The notes under the pieces: model-generated | Told to the model about the DNA's origin: nothing | What the model saw: the letters and a program-made list of their open reading frames with translations, nothing else | Databases searched by the model: none | Shown: in pieces, positions 34,831 to 49,158 of the stretch | Layout: each line of letters begins with the position of its first letter | Position numbering within the stretch: the stretch's first letter is position 1 | Origin: Nageia nagi | Taxonomy: Eukaryota > Plantae > Pinophyta | NCBI GenBank assembly: GCA_050084985.1 | Contig: JBITNC010000001.1 | Coordinates: forward strand, 44,330,001-44,394,000 | DNA: 64,000 nt | Direction of reading: 5' to 3' | Position numbers and translations under genes: made by a program

Positions 34831-37800
34831 TGTCCACAAAAATTTTCATCCAACTTAGGATAGAAATATGTGCACACTCAATGAGTGAGGATAATAAAGT
34901 TTGAAGAAAGTTTTCTCAAACTTTTACTTTAAACAATGTGCATAAAAATTATTTTAGAAGTTATAAACACTTCCATTTTAACCCATGATATCACATAACA
35001 AACATGTGTATATATACATAATTTAAATATATCAATGAATAGTCCAATGTACATCTATAATAATCCTTTTGCAATATAGTATCAAAGCACAATAATACAA
35101 CCAATAAGGATTATATATAAAAGTTACATAAATTTTCATACATATCCAAGCACAATAAATTTTCATTCAACCAAGGAGATTAACCATGTGCATAACTTTA
35201 AACAATATGAATATCCAAGCATGTTAAATTCTCATCCAAAAAATATGCACAATCGTAAAAGTTTCATAAAATTTTAATTTTAAACAATGTGCATATGATC
35301 CCAATACCATAAATTTCAAATTGGAATAACTTTCTTAAAAGTTCCCATTGTTTAAAAAATTTCAAGTTGATCAAGTTGTTAACTAAATCAAGTAACCAAT
35401 AAAATTATCTAATCAACACCAAAGAATGTTAACTTGAACCAATTTGTAAAAAATTAAACAACTTGTTCATTATTGCAATTATAGGCTCATATAATTTTGT
35501 GCAACTAAAAATAAGTTGTAACTTGCAATTCAAAGTTTTTAAGTTAGTAACTTTGTTTGTTCATTATGTTAGTAGCTTGTAATTACACTTTATCAATTTA
35601 ATTGTAGGTTCATCTAATCTAAAATTATTGGTTAATGTATTTACTTAAGTTTGATCATATATCCATTGTATGTAGCCATTGAAAAGGAACAACCACAAGA
35701 TAAGGGTTAGCAGTTTCCTTGGTTAATGGTTAGTTTACATAGGAAAGATCTAAAGGATAGTACAAAAATGCTATAACACAAGAGTCCTATCTCAAAAGGT
35801 AACATACATAAACTAACTTAAGGAAAGTATAACTTTAGAGGATGAGCCATCTCTATGGCCATCAACTCATTTGGTTGAGCTATGTGATGATTATGAAGAA
35901 ATATCATATTATTATTTATTTGCTCTACAATTATAGACCATTTCTTTGATTTGAATTTTTTTTCCCTCTTCTTTTCCTTCTTCTAAAGTTGCTCCTTCCT
36001 TTTCTAAATCGCCTTCATTCTCGCAATAGGATGCCTTATTTTCCTATGCTTAGAAGACATTAAGGAATGATCCTATTTGTAATCTCAAAATTAATACCTT
36101 TCTCAAAGGTAAATATTTATCATCAAGTAGATAAACATATCTAAATCACATAATGATGACATCATAAAGAGGTTACATTAAATATTTACCTTTTTGCAAA
36201 ATATTACTAAACTGTTGAATTTTGCAAAAAAATGATTTCTATTGCAATATTTTGACATAATTACAAAACAAATTTTTTCCTTCAAACCTTATCAATTTCT
36301 TAAAATTGATCTAAATGTGTCAACTATTGCAAGGTAATTTTCATTTTTGCAATAATTTGCAAAAGTTATTACATTGATAAAAATATTCACAAAAATTAAT
36401 GTAAAAATATTATCAAAATCTTTTAATCTACAATATTTATACTTGCCATCATAATTTACCCAATGGATTAAGTAATCTTTAAAGGTAATAAAAATCACAT
36501 ATTTACCACTTAATGTAAAGTAAAAAAAATATTACTTAACAAATCAAGATTTTTATAAAACTTAGCATAGGATATCCACTTGATTTAAAGTTAAAAAAAA
36601 GTTTCCGATCATACTTAGCATTAATGATAAAAATTCCATGATTAGAGCCCATATGTCATGAATAATTAAAGATGAGCACTCATTAATACTATATGCTATG
36701 CCCATATCTCTTTATTATAAAATAGAAATTTCTCTTTAAAAAAAAATACTAGCATCATTATCAAAATGTTTAAACAATACCTGTGAAATTCCTTGCCAAG
36801 ATCTTAGAGAAAAATAGATAAAGGTAAATGAAAAAAGTTTTTAATGATACCCCTATAAAGGCTTGCATCCTTGAAATAGGTTTGTAGCTTTTAGCTTACA
36901 CCTGCCACAAGGTGGCTTTCCCTCCCATTGGTGATGGTCTCCTCAGAGGATGATTTGCTTGCTCTGATGTGGTAGTCCCCTTAATGGGAAACTCACTTGC
37001 CCTAGGGAAGAGGCCCCTTTAAAGGGTGGCTCACCTACTCTAGGGTGGTGCCTGCTTACAAGGAAGCTCATTAACTATTAGGTGGTGCCCCCCTCAAGAG
37101 GGAAACTCATTAGCCCTTAGGTGGTGGCTCCCTTGGGAGGTCATGCACCCTCAAGTGGTGGATCCCTTGGGTGGTCATACAATTTAGGCGGCATCCCGCC
37201 TTGAGCGATCATGTGCCCTCAGGCAATGAGCCCCTTGGGTGATCACATGACCTAGGTGATGACTCAAGGGTTGGAGGCTTACGTAATCAGTGAGACCTCC
37301 CTAGCCCATGCACTACGCAACCCCTCCCCCCATTTTTTTATTTTTTTAAATAATTTAAATTAAAAAAAATATTTTTTATTCTAATAATACAAAAAAATAA
37401 ATTCTAATTTTTATTAAAAAATAAAATTTTTATTTTAGAAATTTTTTTAATGTAAAACAAATATTTACAAATTTTTGTAACTTTTATTTGTTACAAAAAA
37501 AATTGTAACCCTTTTTTTTGTAAAAATATTGCAAGAATATTACTTTAAGTAGAAAACATCTTGCAATAAAAAAAACTACATAAAAATTACAAAAAAATCA
37601 CATTGGATTTTTGTAAACTTGCAATAGTGAAGTATTAATTGTAAACACATGTATAGTCCCATTTTGCATTGTAATAAAAAAATGCAACTATAAAGGGATC
37701 TTAAACATGTTTTTAAAATCTAATTATTCAAAATAATTAGATTTAATTATGAACAACAAATTAGATACACTAATTTCGCAATATCTTAGATTCTAACCAT

Positions 37801-38589
37801 AGAAAATATGTTAGATCTAACTTAAAAAATTGAAACAAAATTAAGGTTAGATATACCTTTAATGAGGGTTACCTCAAGATGATAGAGTTATAATTTGAAG
37901 AAGATGATCATAAGGTGGATTTGATACCATGTGAAAGAATCGTAGAATTCTACAACCAAGATCTCTTGTTCCAACCTCCAACAAATCAACACTCTAATCT
38001 ATCCCAAAGATAACAATCTCTCAAGGGACACAACAATAAGCAATATCACAAATTGACATACAAGAAATATAGCCATTCGTATCTAAGAGAGTACATTTAC
38101 TTGAATCTAAGTATATTACTTGTCAAGACAAACTCTCTCTTACTATCCCTACATCTCTAAACTAATAACATAACAATTCTTCTACAAAAGTGAGTGATTT
38201 CCAACAAGCCTAGCCCTCCTTTTATAGACTCAAATCCTCCTTTGGTACACCCTTTTATGCAAGGAGAATACCATCATCCATAGGATTCACATTAGGTGAG
38301 AATGGTAGTTGGAAGTATTTTACCCATACCTATTAAATATGTCCATGTACTTATATTTTAAGTATGTGAGATAAATTGCATATGTGGATATACCCCTAAT
38401 ATAAAATAGATGGGGCTCCACATTTGTACACATGGATAATGCATATAATAAATGGATTATTCCATATTACAAAATATTTTTTATTTCTATCTTAGGTATT
38501 GTATATGTTCCTTTAGTTTTAATTAATTAGGAACAATACACCTAAGTTATTTACACAATAATGCATTACAAATTCTAACAAGACACTAA

Positions 38590-39170
38590 TAAGTGGCTGA
38601 TAAATAAAGTAATTGATTTTTTTTTGAAACAACGATAATATCAAAAATAAAAGAAAAGTAGCCTACTATAAAAATATCACCATCCTAACAATTGAACATC
38701 CATCCTACCCATATAATATTATCAATCTCCAAAAGAAACTTATGATCATAAAATTAAGAATTAATTTACATGAATTGCAATGTGAAACTGAGAGAATTTT
38801 AGAATACTATAGTAGTAATTTCAATATAGATGATAAGTGTTTATATACATAATAATTTATTAAGGATAATAAACATACTTTAATTCTTCCTCTAACAAAC
38901 ACAACACATGGGGCTCACACACTAACAACCTTACACACTATATGTATGATGTAATAATTTCCTAATAGAAACAAGTAGGTGGATGATAAATAAAGTAATT
39001 GATTTTTTTTGAAGAAATGATAATATAAAAAATACAAGAAAACTATTATAAAAACATCATCATACTAAAACTTGAATATCCATCCTACCCATATAAAATT
39101 ATTAATCTCAAAAAGAAATTTATGATCACAAAATTAAGAATTAATTTACATGAATTACATAGTGAAACAA
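38590..39170. repeat. Partial tandem duplication, period ~385 bp
   Basis: gtggNtgataaataaagtaattgattttt...catcctacccatata...aattaagaattaatttacatgaatt at ~38594 and ~38979. Confidence 0.8.
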
Positions 39171-42100
39171 GTATATGGATGTACCCAAAACACCATGGAG
39201 TATTTTTTTTGTAAGTTTCATAATTTAAACTTCATATAATATAACATTAATTTTATTCTTATTTGTACATTTAAAAAATACATTAGACAACTTACTATGA
39301 TATTTCTAAATACAACTTGATCCATGAATTCTTAAATCTAAATAACCAAACTAAGCTTCATGATTTTATTATCAATCTTATTTTTTTTATAGAAATAATC
39401 ATTTAAATATATAAATGATATATATTTATATTTGGAAAATTTTTGATAGGTTCTAAAAACCATTGGTGTAAAGAACATTGAAGGATATAATTCATTAATT
39501 CATAATCTTAAGTTTATGAAAGAAATAAATAGATTTTTTATACATTATTTTATTATTATTATTAAGGTACATTATATTGTACCTCTCATAGAGGAAATTT
39601 AGATTATCACTATCTACATACATCATTATTATATTGGTTGCATACCTTATTTTGGTTATACCTTTAATCCTATGCATTCTTAATCTCTTCAATGGGTAGT
39701 CATTCTTCTTGAGAGCTTGATGCACTTTCTTTTTTGTCTAAATGATCATTAATTTTTTTTTTTTTTTTGAGGTTTCTTATTGGAAAAGTACCAAGCACTT
39801 CATTTTTTATAGAATGATTATATAAGGAGGCATGTAAATATATGCGAGTATGTTTCTTTTTAAATATATTTCATGTACCAACTAGATCCACTATTCTTTT
39901 TATAAGGCAATACATTACAAATAAGAAGGTCATTTTATTTTCAACCTCTTTAGTAAGTTAGATATTTTTATCAATCAATTTAAGGTATTTACAAAATCTT
40001 CTATTAGATCTCTTCCAAGGGGCTAATTTGTGTTGGTATCATAAATATATCTATATCATTATTCTAGTTTTAAGGGAATGAGTGAAATGCCTCTCTTTTG
40101 AACTACTGATGTACTAGTTGGGAACAACGAGAGATAAAGGATAGCCTCTTGTTATCACATGTATTCCTCATAAAAAAATAAACTATCATTTTAACTTTTG
40201 TTTATTTATATCCCACTCTTGTAGAGCGTATATATCTAATATATTTATTTATTTATTTAAATACATAAGTTAGGTATCTAGAAAAGAAAATAATTTAAGA
40301 GCAAGATTACAAAAAGGTGACTTCAAATTTTACTAATCATCATAAAGTTCAAGGTGAATTTAAATATTTTATTATAAAAGTTCATTTTCAAAATATTTTA
40401 TGCAATATTATTGGGCATCTAGAGACCTCCTGACACATCTCACAACATTCAAAATCTTAAAACTCCTAAATATTTAATATAGGCCATTTTAGATTGCTAT
40501 TTTCAAACTTGGGGTGGTATGAAAGTTAGGATATCTTTGGCCCCTGATAATTTTTATTATCTTGATACCTTATCATACATTTAAGATCTTCTAGTGGTTT
40601 ATTATATCTAAGTATCAAGTGCATATTTTCCTTCTCTTCTACTTCATTTAATAAGTTTTATTTCTAGCAAATAGGGGGAACTTGATCATCATTGAGGTTG
40701 GTCTTAGTCCCTTAAAATATCTAGGACAAATGAGAAACCTACAAAAAATTGTAATGTAGGATCTATGCAAGGAAGGATTCAAAGAATATTATGGGGCTAC
40801 TAGTATCATATTTAGGTACATGAGTGTAGACACCTAAAACTGATTTATTATTTATTTAATAAATCATATTTAGACTTCCTAAATGATTTATTTAAATATA
40901 AAAAATATCAATATAAATTTGATATTACAATGCAATGCCATGTGTTATATTGAATGCTATATCATTTATCATGGTTTATATTTTAAAGTATCTTGAATAC
41001 AAAAAAATTTATGCTATTGCTAGAGGTCAACCTTCACTCCTTTTTATGTCTTTGTAGGCTATATATGTGAGTGGAATAGGTTGACATCCACATATAAAAA
41101 CTCTTTGATATGACAAGATATATTATAGGTGATTAGTTTTTGCAATCTTCATCAAGCTATGGTGTCTTTTGACATCACCTATTATGAGAAATTGTTATAC
41201 TCTAAGCTTTGAAACTTTCTATCTTTGGTGTACATCATAATTATACTTATTCCACACTGCTAATGACATACATATTCTAGATCAAAGGTTCCATATTTTA
41301 GTGGTCAAGCTATTGATTTATGTACACAAAGATCCATTGTGAATTCACCATGAATCCAATCCCAATCCTTTAGATATTTGTTGCTATTTACTTTTGAGGA
41401 TTGTACATACACTTCATATTAGGTTCATGTGTTTCACATATATTTGTTGTATCTAATATAGTGTACATATATTATTATATTGTATATCTATTTATTTATT
41501 ATGTATATTTATATTTTACATAATTTATAGACTACATTTTGGTGAATCTGACATTCTTACACACCTAGATTATTTTTCAGGACATCTCTTCTTAGGAGCT
41601 AGGAATCCATTTATGTTATTATCTCTTTCCTTACTTGAGGTACTTAGAGTAATAGATAGAGAAAATGATAAAACTAAGGTTTGTTATGCTTATGTTCCAA
41701 AGCTAAATTTAAATGAAGAATAATCTAGGATTTCTAGAAGTAAGGTACATTTTAATGAGATCAAGAGAAGTATTAGGGTTAACCCTAATTTGCCAATGCA
41801 AAATCTTGATTCCCATGATAGAATGGATACTAATGAGGATAATGGTATTGAATCTATAAATTATAGTAAAAGGATGGATATTATTGGACAAACTCCTAAT
41901 AGGTTTAACATGTCTATAGATGATTATGTTTTTGAAAATATAAGTGTTGGAAGCCATGATTATACTTCTGATAGTGATGCTAAAATTGAAGAATTAGATA
42001 GAATTATTACCCATGTTATATCAATAAAGGATTTGCTATCTGATAAAGAAAAATTGGAGTATTATCTTCCAAATTTTTTTGAAGAGATTACAAATATCTT

Positions 42101-44806
42101 AACAAATTATGGGTGGTTAGAAGCGAATTCGATAATGTCATAATCCTTGGATAGTTTTTAAATAAAAATGTAGGTTCCAAAAAATGAAGAACTTCTACTA
42201 CTAAGAAGAATACTGCTAATAGAATGGAATATACACATGCCACTAACAATGTGGAAGCAGAGGATACTAGACCCCAAAACAAGGTGATCATTGAAGATGT
42301 TAATGAGGAAAGCAAAGTATAATCTAAACATCTAGTGTTGCATTTTGAATATCATAATCTAAGTATGCTTCTTGAAAGTTATAATAAGGAAAAAGGAAAG
42401 GGCATGCTGGTTAATGATGAAACTATAGCAGATATTTCTAAATAACTTTCTATAGTAGTTAATAATACCTATAAACATAATCCTAGTTGGTCAAAAAAAT
42501 AACATCAGATAAAAGTTGAAGCTATTGTAGATGCTCAAGAAACTAACTATTTTCAAAAGGCTAATGAGGAAAAATAACTACTGTTTATATTAGAATTGGT
42601 TGATAAGATTGAATATGAAAGAATACATAGGATTGGACCATTTCTACAACTTAAAGAGGATGAACTTAGAAGGGAAATAACAAATAAACCATCCTCTTAA
42701 ACTAGCAATGCACCACCTATAACCCCACCACTAGCCTTAATGATCAATATACTTATAGGGAATCAATTGATAGTGCAAAACCAATAACCAAAATAACCTC
42801 TTATAGTGCAAAATAGAAGAAAAAAAATGGATGAAAGGATTGAGAAATTAAAAAAATAATTCCTTGAAGTGGTGAAGATGATTTCATATTTTGCTTAAAA
42901 TGTCCATTGACTGAGAGAATTATTTCTAAATTGCTTGTTGGTAAAAAAAGTATGAAATTTATAAAATTTGATGGTTTGCAAGATCCAAAAATGCATGTTA
43001 AAAAATTTCAAGAGGAAGATATGGAATATGTTCATGATAGAGATATACTTGCAAAATTATTTTCAAGTAGCTTAAAGGATGATGCATTGAAATGGTATTT
43101 TAGTCTTTTGAAAAAGAGTATTGATAAGTATGAAGATTTGATATATAAATTTATGAAATTATTTAGATATAATATCACATAAAAAGTTGAATTCAAATAT
43201 TTATGTAAAATTAAGCAATTGCCTAAATCTTTTTTTGATTTTGTGAAAGTATGAAAAAAAACTACAAATAAAATCTTCAAGCCTGAGTAGGATATAAAGG
43301 ATACTTTTGTAAATGCTTTATTACCTATATACAAATTATTGGTTATCTCTAATCATAGATTGAAATTAGCTAGAATGATAGATATTTTGCTTAAAAAGGA
43401 AGATTGTATCAAGCAAACTTATAAGAAACATTATCAAAAACCTCAAATATATGAAATAAAAGATAAACCTCAAGTGTATGTAAATAAAATTGAATTTACG
43501 ATAACTAATGTTGATAGAAACAAGAATAGACCACAAAGGAGGTTTACAAGGCTAATAGATACTGTTGATAATATTTTCAATATGTTATTAAAAGAAGAAC
43601 TTATTGAGCTTCCACCAATGGTTCAACATCACTTTCTTAATGGTTTTGTTAAAAATTATAGATATGATGAATTTTGTAATTATCATAGGACACCAAGGAA
43701 CCTAACAAGAAATTGTAAGGTTTTAAGAAATATCATTCAAGATTTCATTGATAAGAAAGCAATTTGGATGTATGATAATCTCAAAGTAGAAGATAGATCT
43801 ATACATCTTGATAATGGATAATTGGAGATATTTATGAACCATTTACCAAAGATAACTCAACAACCAAAAGGATTCATTGGTTTGATAAGTACTTCACATT
43901 GTATGAAATATTATTTCCCTAATAAGCATGAGTACAGGAGACATCAACAATAAGTAAGCAAAGGATCTAGTGGAGAGAGTACAAAATACCATGTCAAAAC
44001 TTAAAATATGAACACTATTAATGACATGTAAGATTGTTTGCATGCTGCTAATGACATACACTACACTACCAAAAAGGCACCTATTTTTGTGCTTGCATCT
44101 GCAAATTATGTATGGGTTGTTAAACCTTCTCAAGTATGTAAAGTTATTTCTTAAAATTGAAAAATTCAAATTTGTAGTATATGATAGGTAGGTTATGTTT
44201 TGCATGGACAAAGGGGTATATTGCATTGCCATAATGATCATGTTATGGTCTCATTTGTATTTTGGGTAGGTTTTAAAGGGGACCCTCATATATTTTTTTT
44301 TCAAAATTATCAAAACCTACATAGTTAACATCATGTGACTATTTTTGCATCATTAATGATATGCCTTTCCCATACCAAAATAAAAAGCAATAGTATATCA
44401 TGATTCCTTGTAGTCTGCTAAAATATTTTAGGAGGGTATTATCAAATCTTGTATCCATTAATGAAGAAAAACTCCCTTAGATTCATGATTGCTTGCAAAC
44501 AGGGAATGATTATTTGTGTTTTATAAATTTTTGAAGTTAACTTAAAAAGTAAAATTGAATGTCATTATGCTTTGAGATTGTTTGTTGTGTTCATTTCATA
44601 AATTGCATTATCATTTTCATGTGATCAAATTGCAAATGAAAATGTATAATGGTGGACATGGCTTATGGATTGTAGCTTTGAAACTTGTATTTTGAAAATC
44701 AAATGATAATTATATAATTAGAATGGAGAAAACATGTAAACTATTCATTTAAATAATAAACATAAAATGAATTCACAAGTATACATAAGATGAGGAGCCA
44801 AAAAGA

Positions 44807-44809
<3 letters not shown>

Positions 44810-44848
<39 letters not shown>
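44810..44848. repeat. (TA)n microsatellite
   Basis: atatatatat... run with one interruption. Confidence 0.9.
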
Positions 44849-44849
<1 letters not shown>

Positions 44850-45699
44850 AACTCCAAAAGGGATGGATCCATGTTTCAATATACAATCTAGTGGCATGCA
44901 CTATTGCCACACTACTCCACATATTACTATGCTTAGAAGCCCTCCTAGAATCGCTACTCCATCTTGAAATGAAAATCTCCTCTTGATACCTCACTAGAAC
45001 TAGTACCATGAGAGTCCAATATTGCCTTAAGTCTCTCATACTTCCTTCTAAGCTGCTCTATCCTAACTATGAGTTGCTAGATAAAACCCCATTACTTATT
45101 TGGTGGAGGCATATCCATCCTCTCTTATAGCATCTTCATGGATTGATCTGTGGAAGCTATATGTGCATATTATGCTGCAAGAGTGTCCTATAGAGTGGAT
45201 AGTTATGGTTTTAAATCAGGAACCCTAGTGTCAAAAGGCTTAATTCTATCGATATATAGCTCTAAGGTAGCAATTCGAGTAGTGGTCTCTCCTATAGAGT
45301 ACATAGAGGTCCTATGTTAGTTTACTTCCCAAAAACATGTTAACCAAAAACTAAAAAAGTGTCATAAACCAATAGGTGTGCCATAGAGTGTTACCTGCTA
45401 CAATAAGAGATACAACCTCAACCAAGGCCTATAGCTTTAGTGATGGTATAAAGAGTTTCTCCTACATAAGAATGTTATGCATGGGATTATTGACATTCTA
45501 TAGGTTCTCATATAAATACCCCTCTAAAGTATCCTCCATCTCCTCATCCCCCTCCTCATTATCTTCTTCTATGCCTAATGGGGTTGGTCGAATAGTCTCC
45601 CACCATACCATAAATCACCTCATAGTACTAGGAGCCATGGATGTCTCCTTAGCTAGGTCCAAAGTCCAGGGATCCTCCCATATGATCTATCATCCATAA

Positions 45700-46742
45700 A
45701 TAATTTGTGCTTTTAGTGGGATGTATCTCTTGGATATCTACTACATATAGTAGATTAGGGCAAGAGGAATGCCCTATCTGATCCCAAATTACCTTAGTAC
45801 CCTTTGAGCCAAATATGGCTCCACAAGCTTCTTTTGAATCTAGAAGAAATATGGTTGCCTTATCTAGGAAAGCTAGTGGGTATCCTCATTCCACATGAAG
45901 TTTACATAAGAAACCCATATCAAGTCCTCTATATGGAGTTTATTGATCTTCTATTACCTCATTTCTAATGAGTGTGGGTACCTATACCCATGTTGGCTCA
46001 ATACCCAATAGGTCATGGTGATATTTTTAGGGTCCCCCCTTACCATATGGAGCCTAAATGATCAAATTACAACTATCTTCTCATAGGCCCATACTTGTAA
46101 CAAGTCAACATGAGCAATTGTGATGTTGAACTTTTCAACACATACAAAATTATATAGATCCCTTTACAACTAACTAAAAGAATAAGAGTCCAAGAATACT
46201 ATGTGTCCCTTGCACATATGTCCTATACAATCCACATTATTCCTAATGGAAACATTGAATTACTCTTGTCCAGGCATAAGAATGTAGAAATAATGGAGGT
46301 AATCCTAAGCCTCAAGTGTCTAGCAGGGGATGCACATTTGCATGCCTTGGATAAGTGGGAGGTCCTATGCTCCCAATAATGGTCTTCCTCACACATCAAC
46401 CATACTAAATACTATTTTTTGGAATTGCTATCTACTATCTCGTCCTAATGCACAAGACAACCCATAATGGAATGCCTCATATCTTGTAAACATTTAGGTG
46501 ATTGTCATTTCAACTAGGGGAAGGTGAAAATTATTAGTGTCTAGATCCCATACCTTTGCCAAAGCCATCAATAGGGGTAGGTCATATTGTATATTACCAT
46601 CCATAAATAAATCATTTAACCTTGAATGCATGAGGATATCATCCTCATGGTTCATCCTAGGCCATTCCTTGGTCTTCTCTAATACCGTCATAGCCATGGG
46701 TTTGCTCCTAATATTAATTTTGTGATCCTGTAAAAACAACAA
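45700..46742 (-). pseudogene. Plant Mobile Domain (PMD, aminotransferase-like) ORF relic, antisense to gag
   Basis: LLMALAKVWDLDTNNFHLPLVEMTIT matches the PMD signature L..ALVERW..ET.TFHLP.GEMTIT. The continuation is disrupted and its extent is approximate. Confidence 0.8.
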
Positions 46743-49158
46743 ACAAAATTCATGTTAATAATCATCCAAAATTAAAATATACGATAAAAATTTATGAAAC
46801 TTATATGAAACCTCAAGCAATAAACATAAAGTGCTTTGTAGGGGAAAATGGAGAATTAAAATGACCAAACAAGAAAAAGTAAAAATTGAATAATGATTCC
46901 TAAGATATGAGTAGAAAATGAAATCCTTACTGCATGCTCAAATGATAGGTTTCATAAGTACTCATCCATGTGCCCTTTATGCCTAGTTAGAGGCCTCTCG
47001 ACCATATGCCATGAATCATCAGCCATGGGGCAAGGAAGTCAAAATAAATCAACAACTAAGGAAATGAGTCAAAGAATATCCAACAAAAATCAAGAGCAAG
47101 ATCAACACCACATTGGAAAAAGGAGCCACAACCTTCACTAGGAATCGTTAAACAACAAGGCGATAGAAAGTGATAGGAGTAAGTGATGGAAAAAGTCAAC
47201 AAAAAGCTTATTTTATTCATTTTTTTCCCTAAACCCTAGATAAATGAGTGCTCTTTTTGAAAGTAAATGATCATGCTCACAAAGTAATAGGTAATAGATG
47301 TAAAATTCTTGGAATTGTTTTAATAAGTAGTCGCTTCTTTTTGAAAAACTAATTTTGCTAGTTTCACATTGGTAGCGGAGTTTGAAATGTAAAATTGACA
47401 TATATTTCAATGAATGATAATATGAAATCATAAATAAGGTAATATGCATAGCTTACATTATACATATGCAAGAAAATTGACTATGTTCCATTTTTTATGA
47501 TATTGCATGTTCTTATATAACTCTAATGAGATAATAATAATAATTATTATTATTCCAAAGTCAACTCTCACTCTCTTCTATATCTCTATAGGTATAAAAG
47601 GAGAAGCACAACACAATAACCCATATTAGATCTCTCTAATATATGGTTGTTCATACATCATGCTACACTTAGAAATCCTTGGTTTTATTTTCTTTTTGGT
47701 TGAATTAATTTTATCCAAAATTAGAAAAATATTTTTGTAGAAAAACCTAGATGTCGAAGGTCATTTTCTTCAATTTGGTGAGATTTAGTATTTTCATTTT
47801 TTTCTTAAATCATAGATAAATATAGTTGGAAAATTTTTATGATTTTTCTAGGCCTAGAATTGTATGTTTTGATTAATTTTGATTTTTTTGTATAAAATAT
47901 TACATTAAAATGATCTAAATTTAGAAAATATTTTACAACAATCTAGTACCTTATTTCATGATAAAAACTTGCAAAAAGTATAGGTTATCATAGTAGATAA
48001 ATTTTTTGAGATTAATTTGAGCTTATTGCATGCATTTTTTAATCAAAATTTCTAGAGGTTTTCAATTGTTAAACAAAATATTTCTGCACAAATATTATAT
48101 TTTGAAGGCTATTTTCTTGAATTTAAGATGTTCTAGAATCATAAAACTTGTTCCATGTCATATATACATGCTAGTAAGTTATTTTTAATTTTGCATAGTC
48201 TAAAGTTGCACAAATATTCATATTTCTTTGATTTTCTTACAAATTCTAGATATAGCATTTTATTATGGCTTCAAGAGGTTATTTTTATGAATTATGGAAT
48301 ATGCTAGGTGAGACATTTAGAAAATAGGCATGAAATACATATTAAAATGATCTCTTTATAATCTATTTTGAAAATTTTAATTTTTACCTAAGAAACTCAA
48401 GCAATACATCATCACTAGAAAATACATTGAAATAAACTTCTATATTATATAATTCACTTTCAAAATATAGATGAGAAAAAATAAAAACACTTCCTTATAT
48501 TATTACTAACCTCTTTAAGAGCATAATCCTAAAAATAAACAAAGTTTAAAATACAACAATTCATAATAATCATGTCACCTTTCACTAACATTCTCTATAT
48601 AACTATAAATATTTCGTATCATACTATCCACCCAAACTCTTATCTAACATATCATTTGGTTGATAAAAATAAAATATTACAAAGAATCAAAAGATATATA
48701 GCATAAAAAAACTACTAAATAGACCTTAAAACAATATAAAATAAAATTTGTACATAACATAAGCATAAAGAATTATGTACAACCTTCCTCAATTTTAAGT
48801 TTCATTTTATTGATAATTTTTTTTCTTATTTTTGAATATTTGCTAAATACCCTTTTACCCCCCATATATATATATATATATATTTATTGATGATATTTAC
48901 CATTTAAAGTAATACTTTCTTTTCAAACACTAATAGCTGGGTCAGATTACCATTTGTGCTACACGGCTTTAGAAGTATGTAAAATCGAGCAATGAGCTCC
49001 GTTTGAGAGTGTTTGTTTTGGATGTCAAGAAACCAAAAAATAATCCGAGAGACGCCAATGCTTCTGAACGGGCGTCTATGGTTTACAACCTTCCTATTTA
49101 CAAACATTTGAAAAATCATCCATCCCAAACATTTCACATCAGACTGAAAATCTCCACC

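Larger units (their letters stand above)
30665..38580 (-). mobile_element. LTR element with no recognisable coding capacity (LARD-like), LTRs ~650 bp
   Basis: Direct repeats ~30665-31316 and 37930-38580 (TGTGAAAG...CTAACA). Minus-strand PBS TGGTATCA (tRNA-iMet type) at 37922-37929 and PPT AAAGGGGAT at 31317-31325. No sizeable ORF in the 6.6-kb interior. TSD not found. Confidence 0.88.
40825..47600 (+). mobile_element. Decayed Ty3/gypsy (Tat/Ogre-like) element: 5' LTR, gag, pol missing, antisense PMD ORF
   Basis: LTR TGTAGACACCTAAAA...GACTACA (40825-41536) followed by PBS-like TTTTGGTGAATCTGAC. gag FDGLQDPKMHVKKF..LAKLFSSSLKDDALKWYFSL and FCNYHRTPRN..NCKVLRNIIQDFID (42907-43821). The 3' boundary is uncertain. 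Confidence 0.8.

Noticed and set aside
49003-49158. N-terminal extension of the PP2C as given by the ORF track
   Set aside because: It begins at a non-ATG codon and overlaps promoter-like sequence; the ATG at 49159 has the best context.
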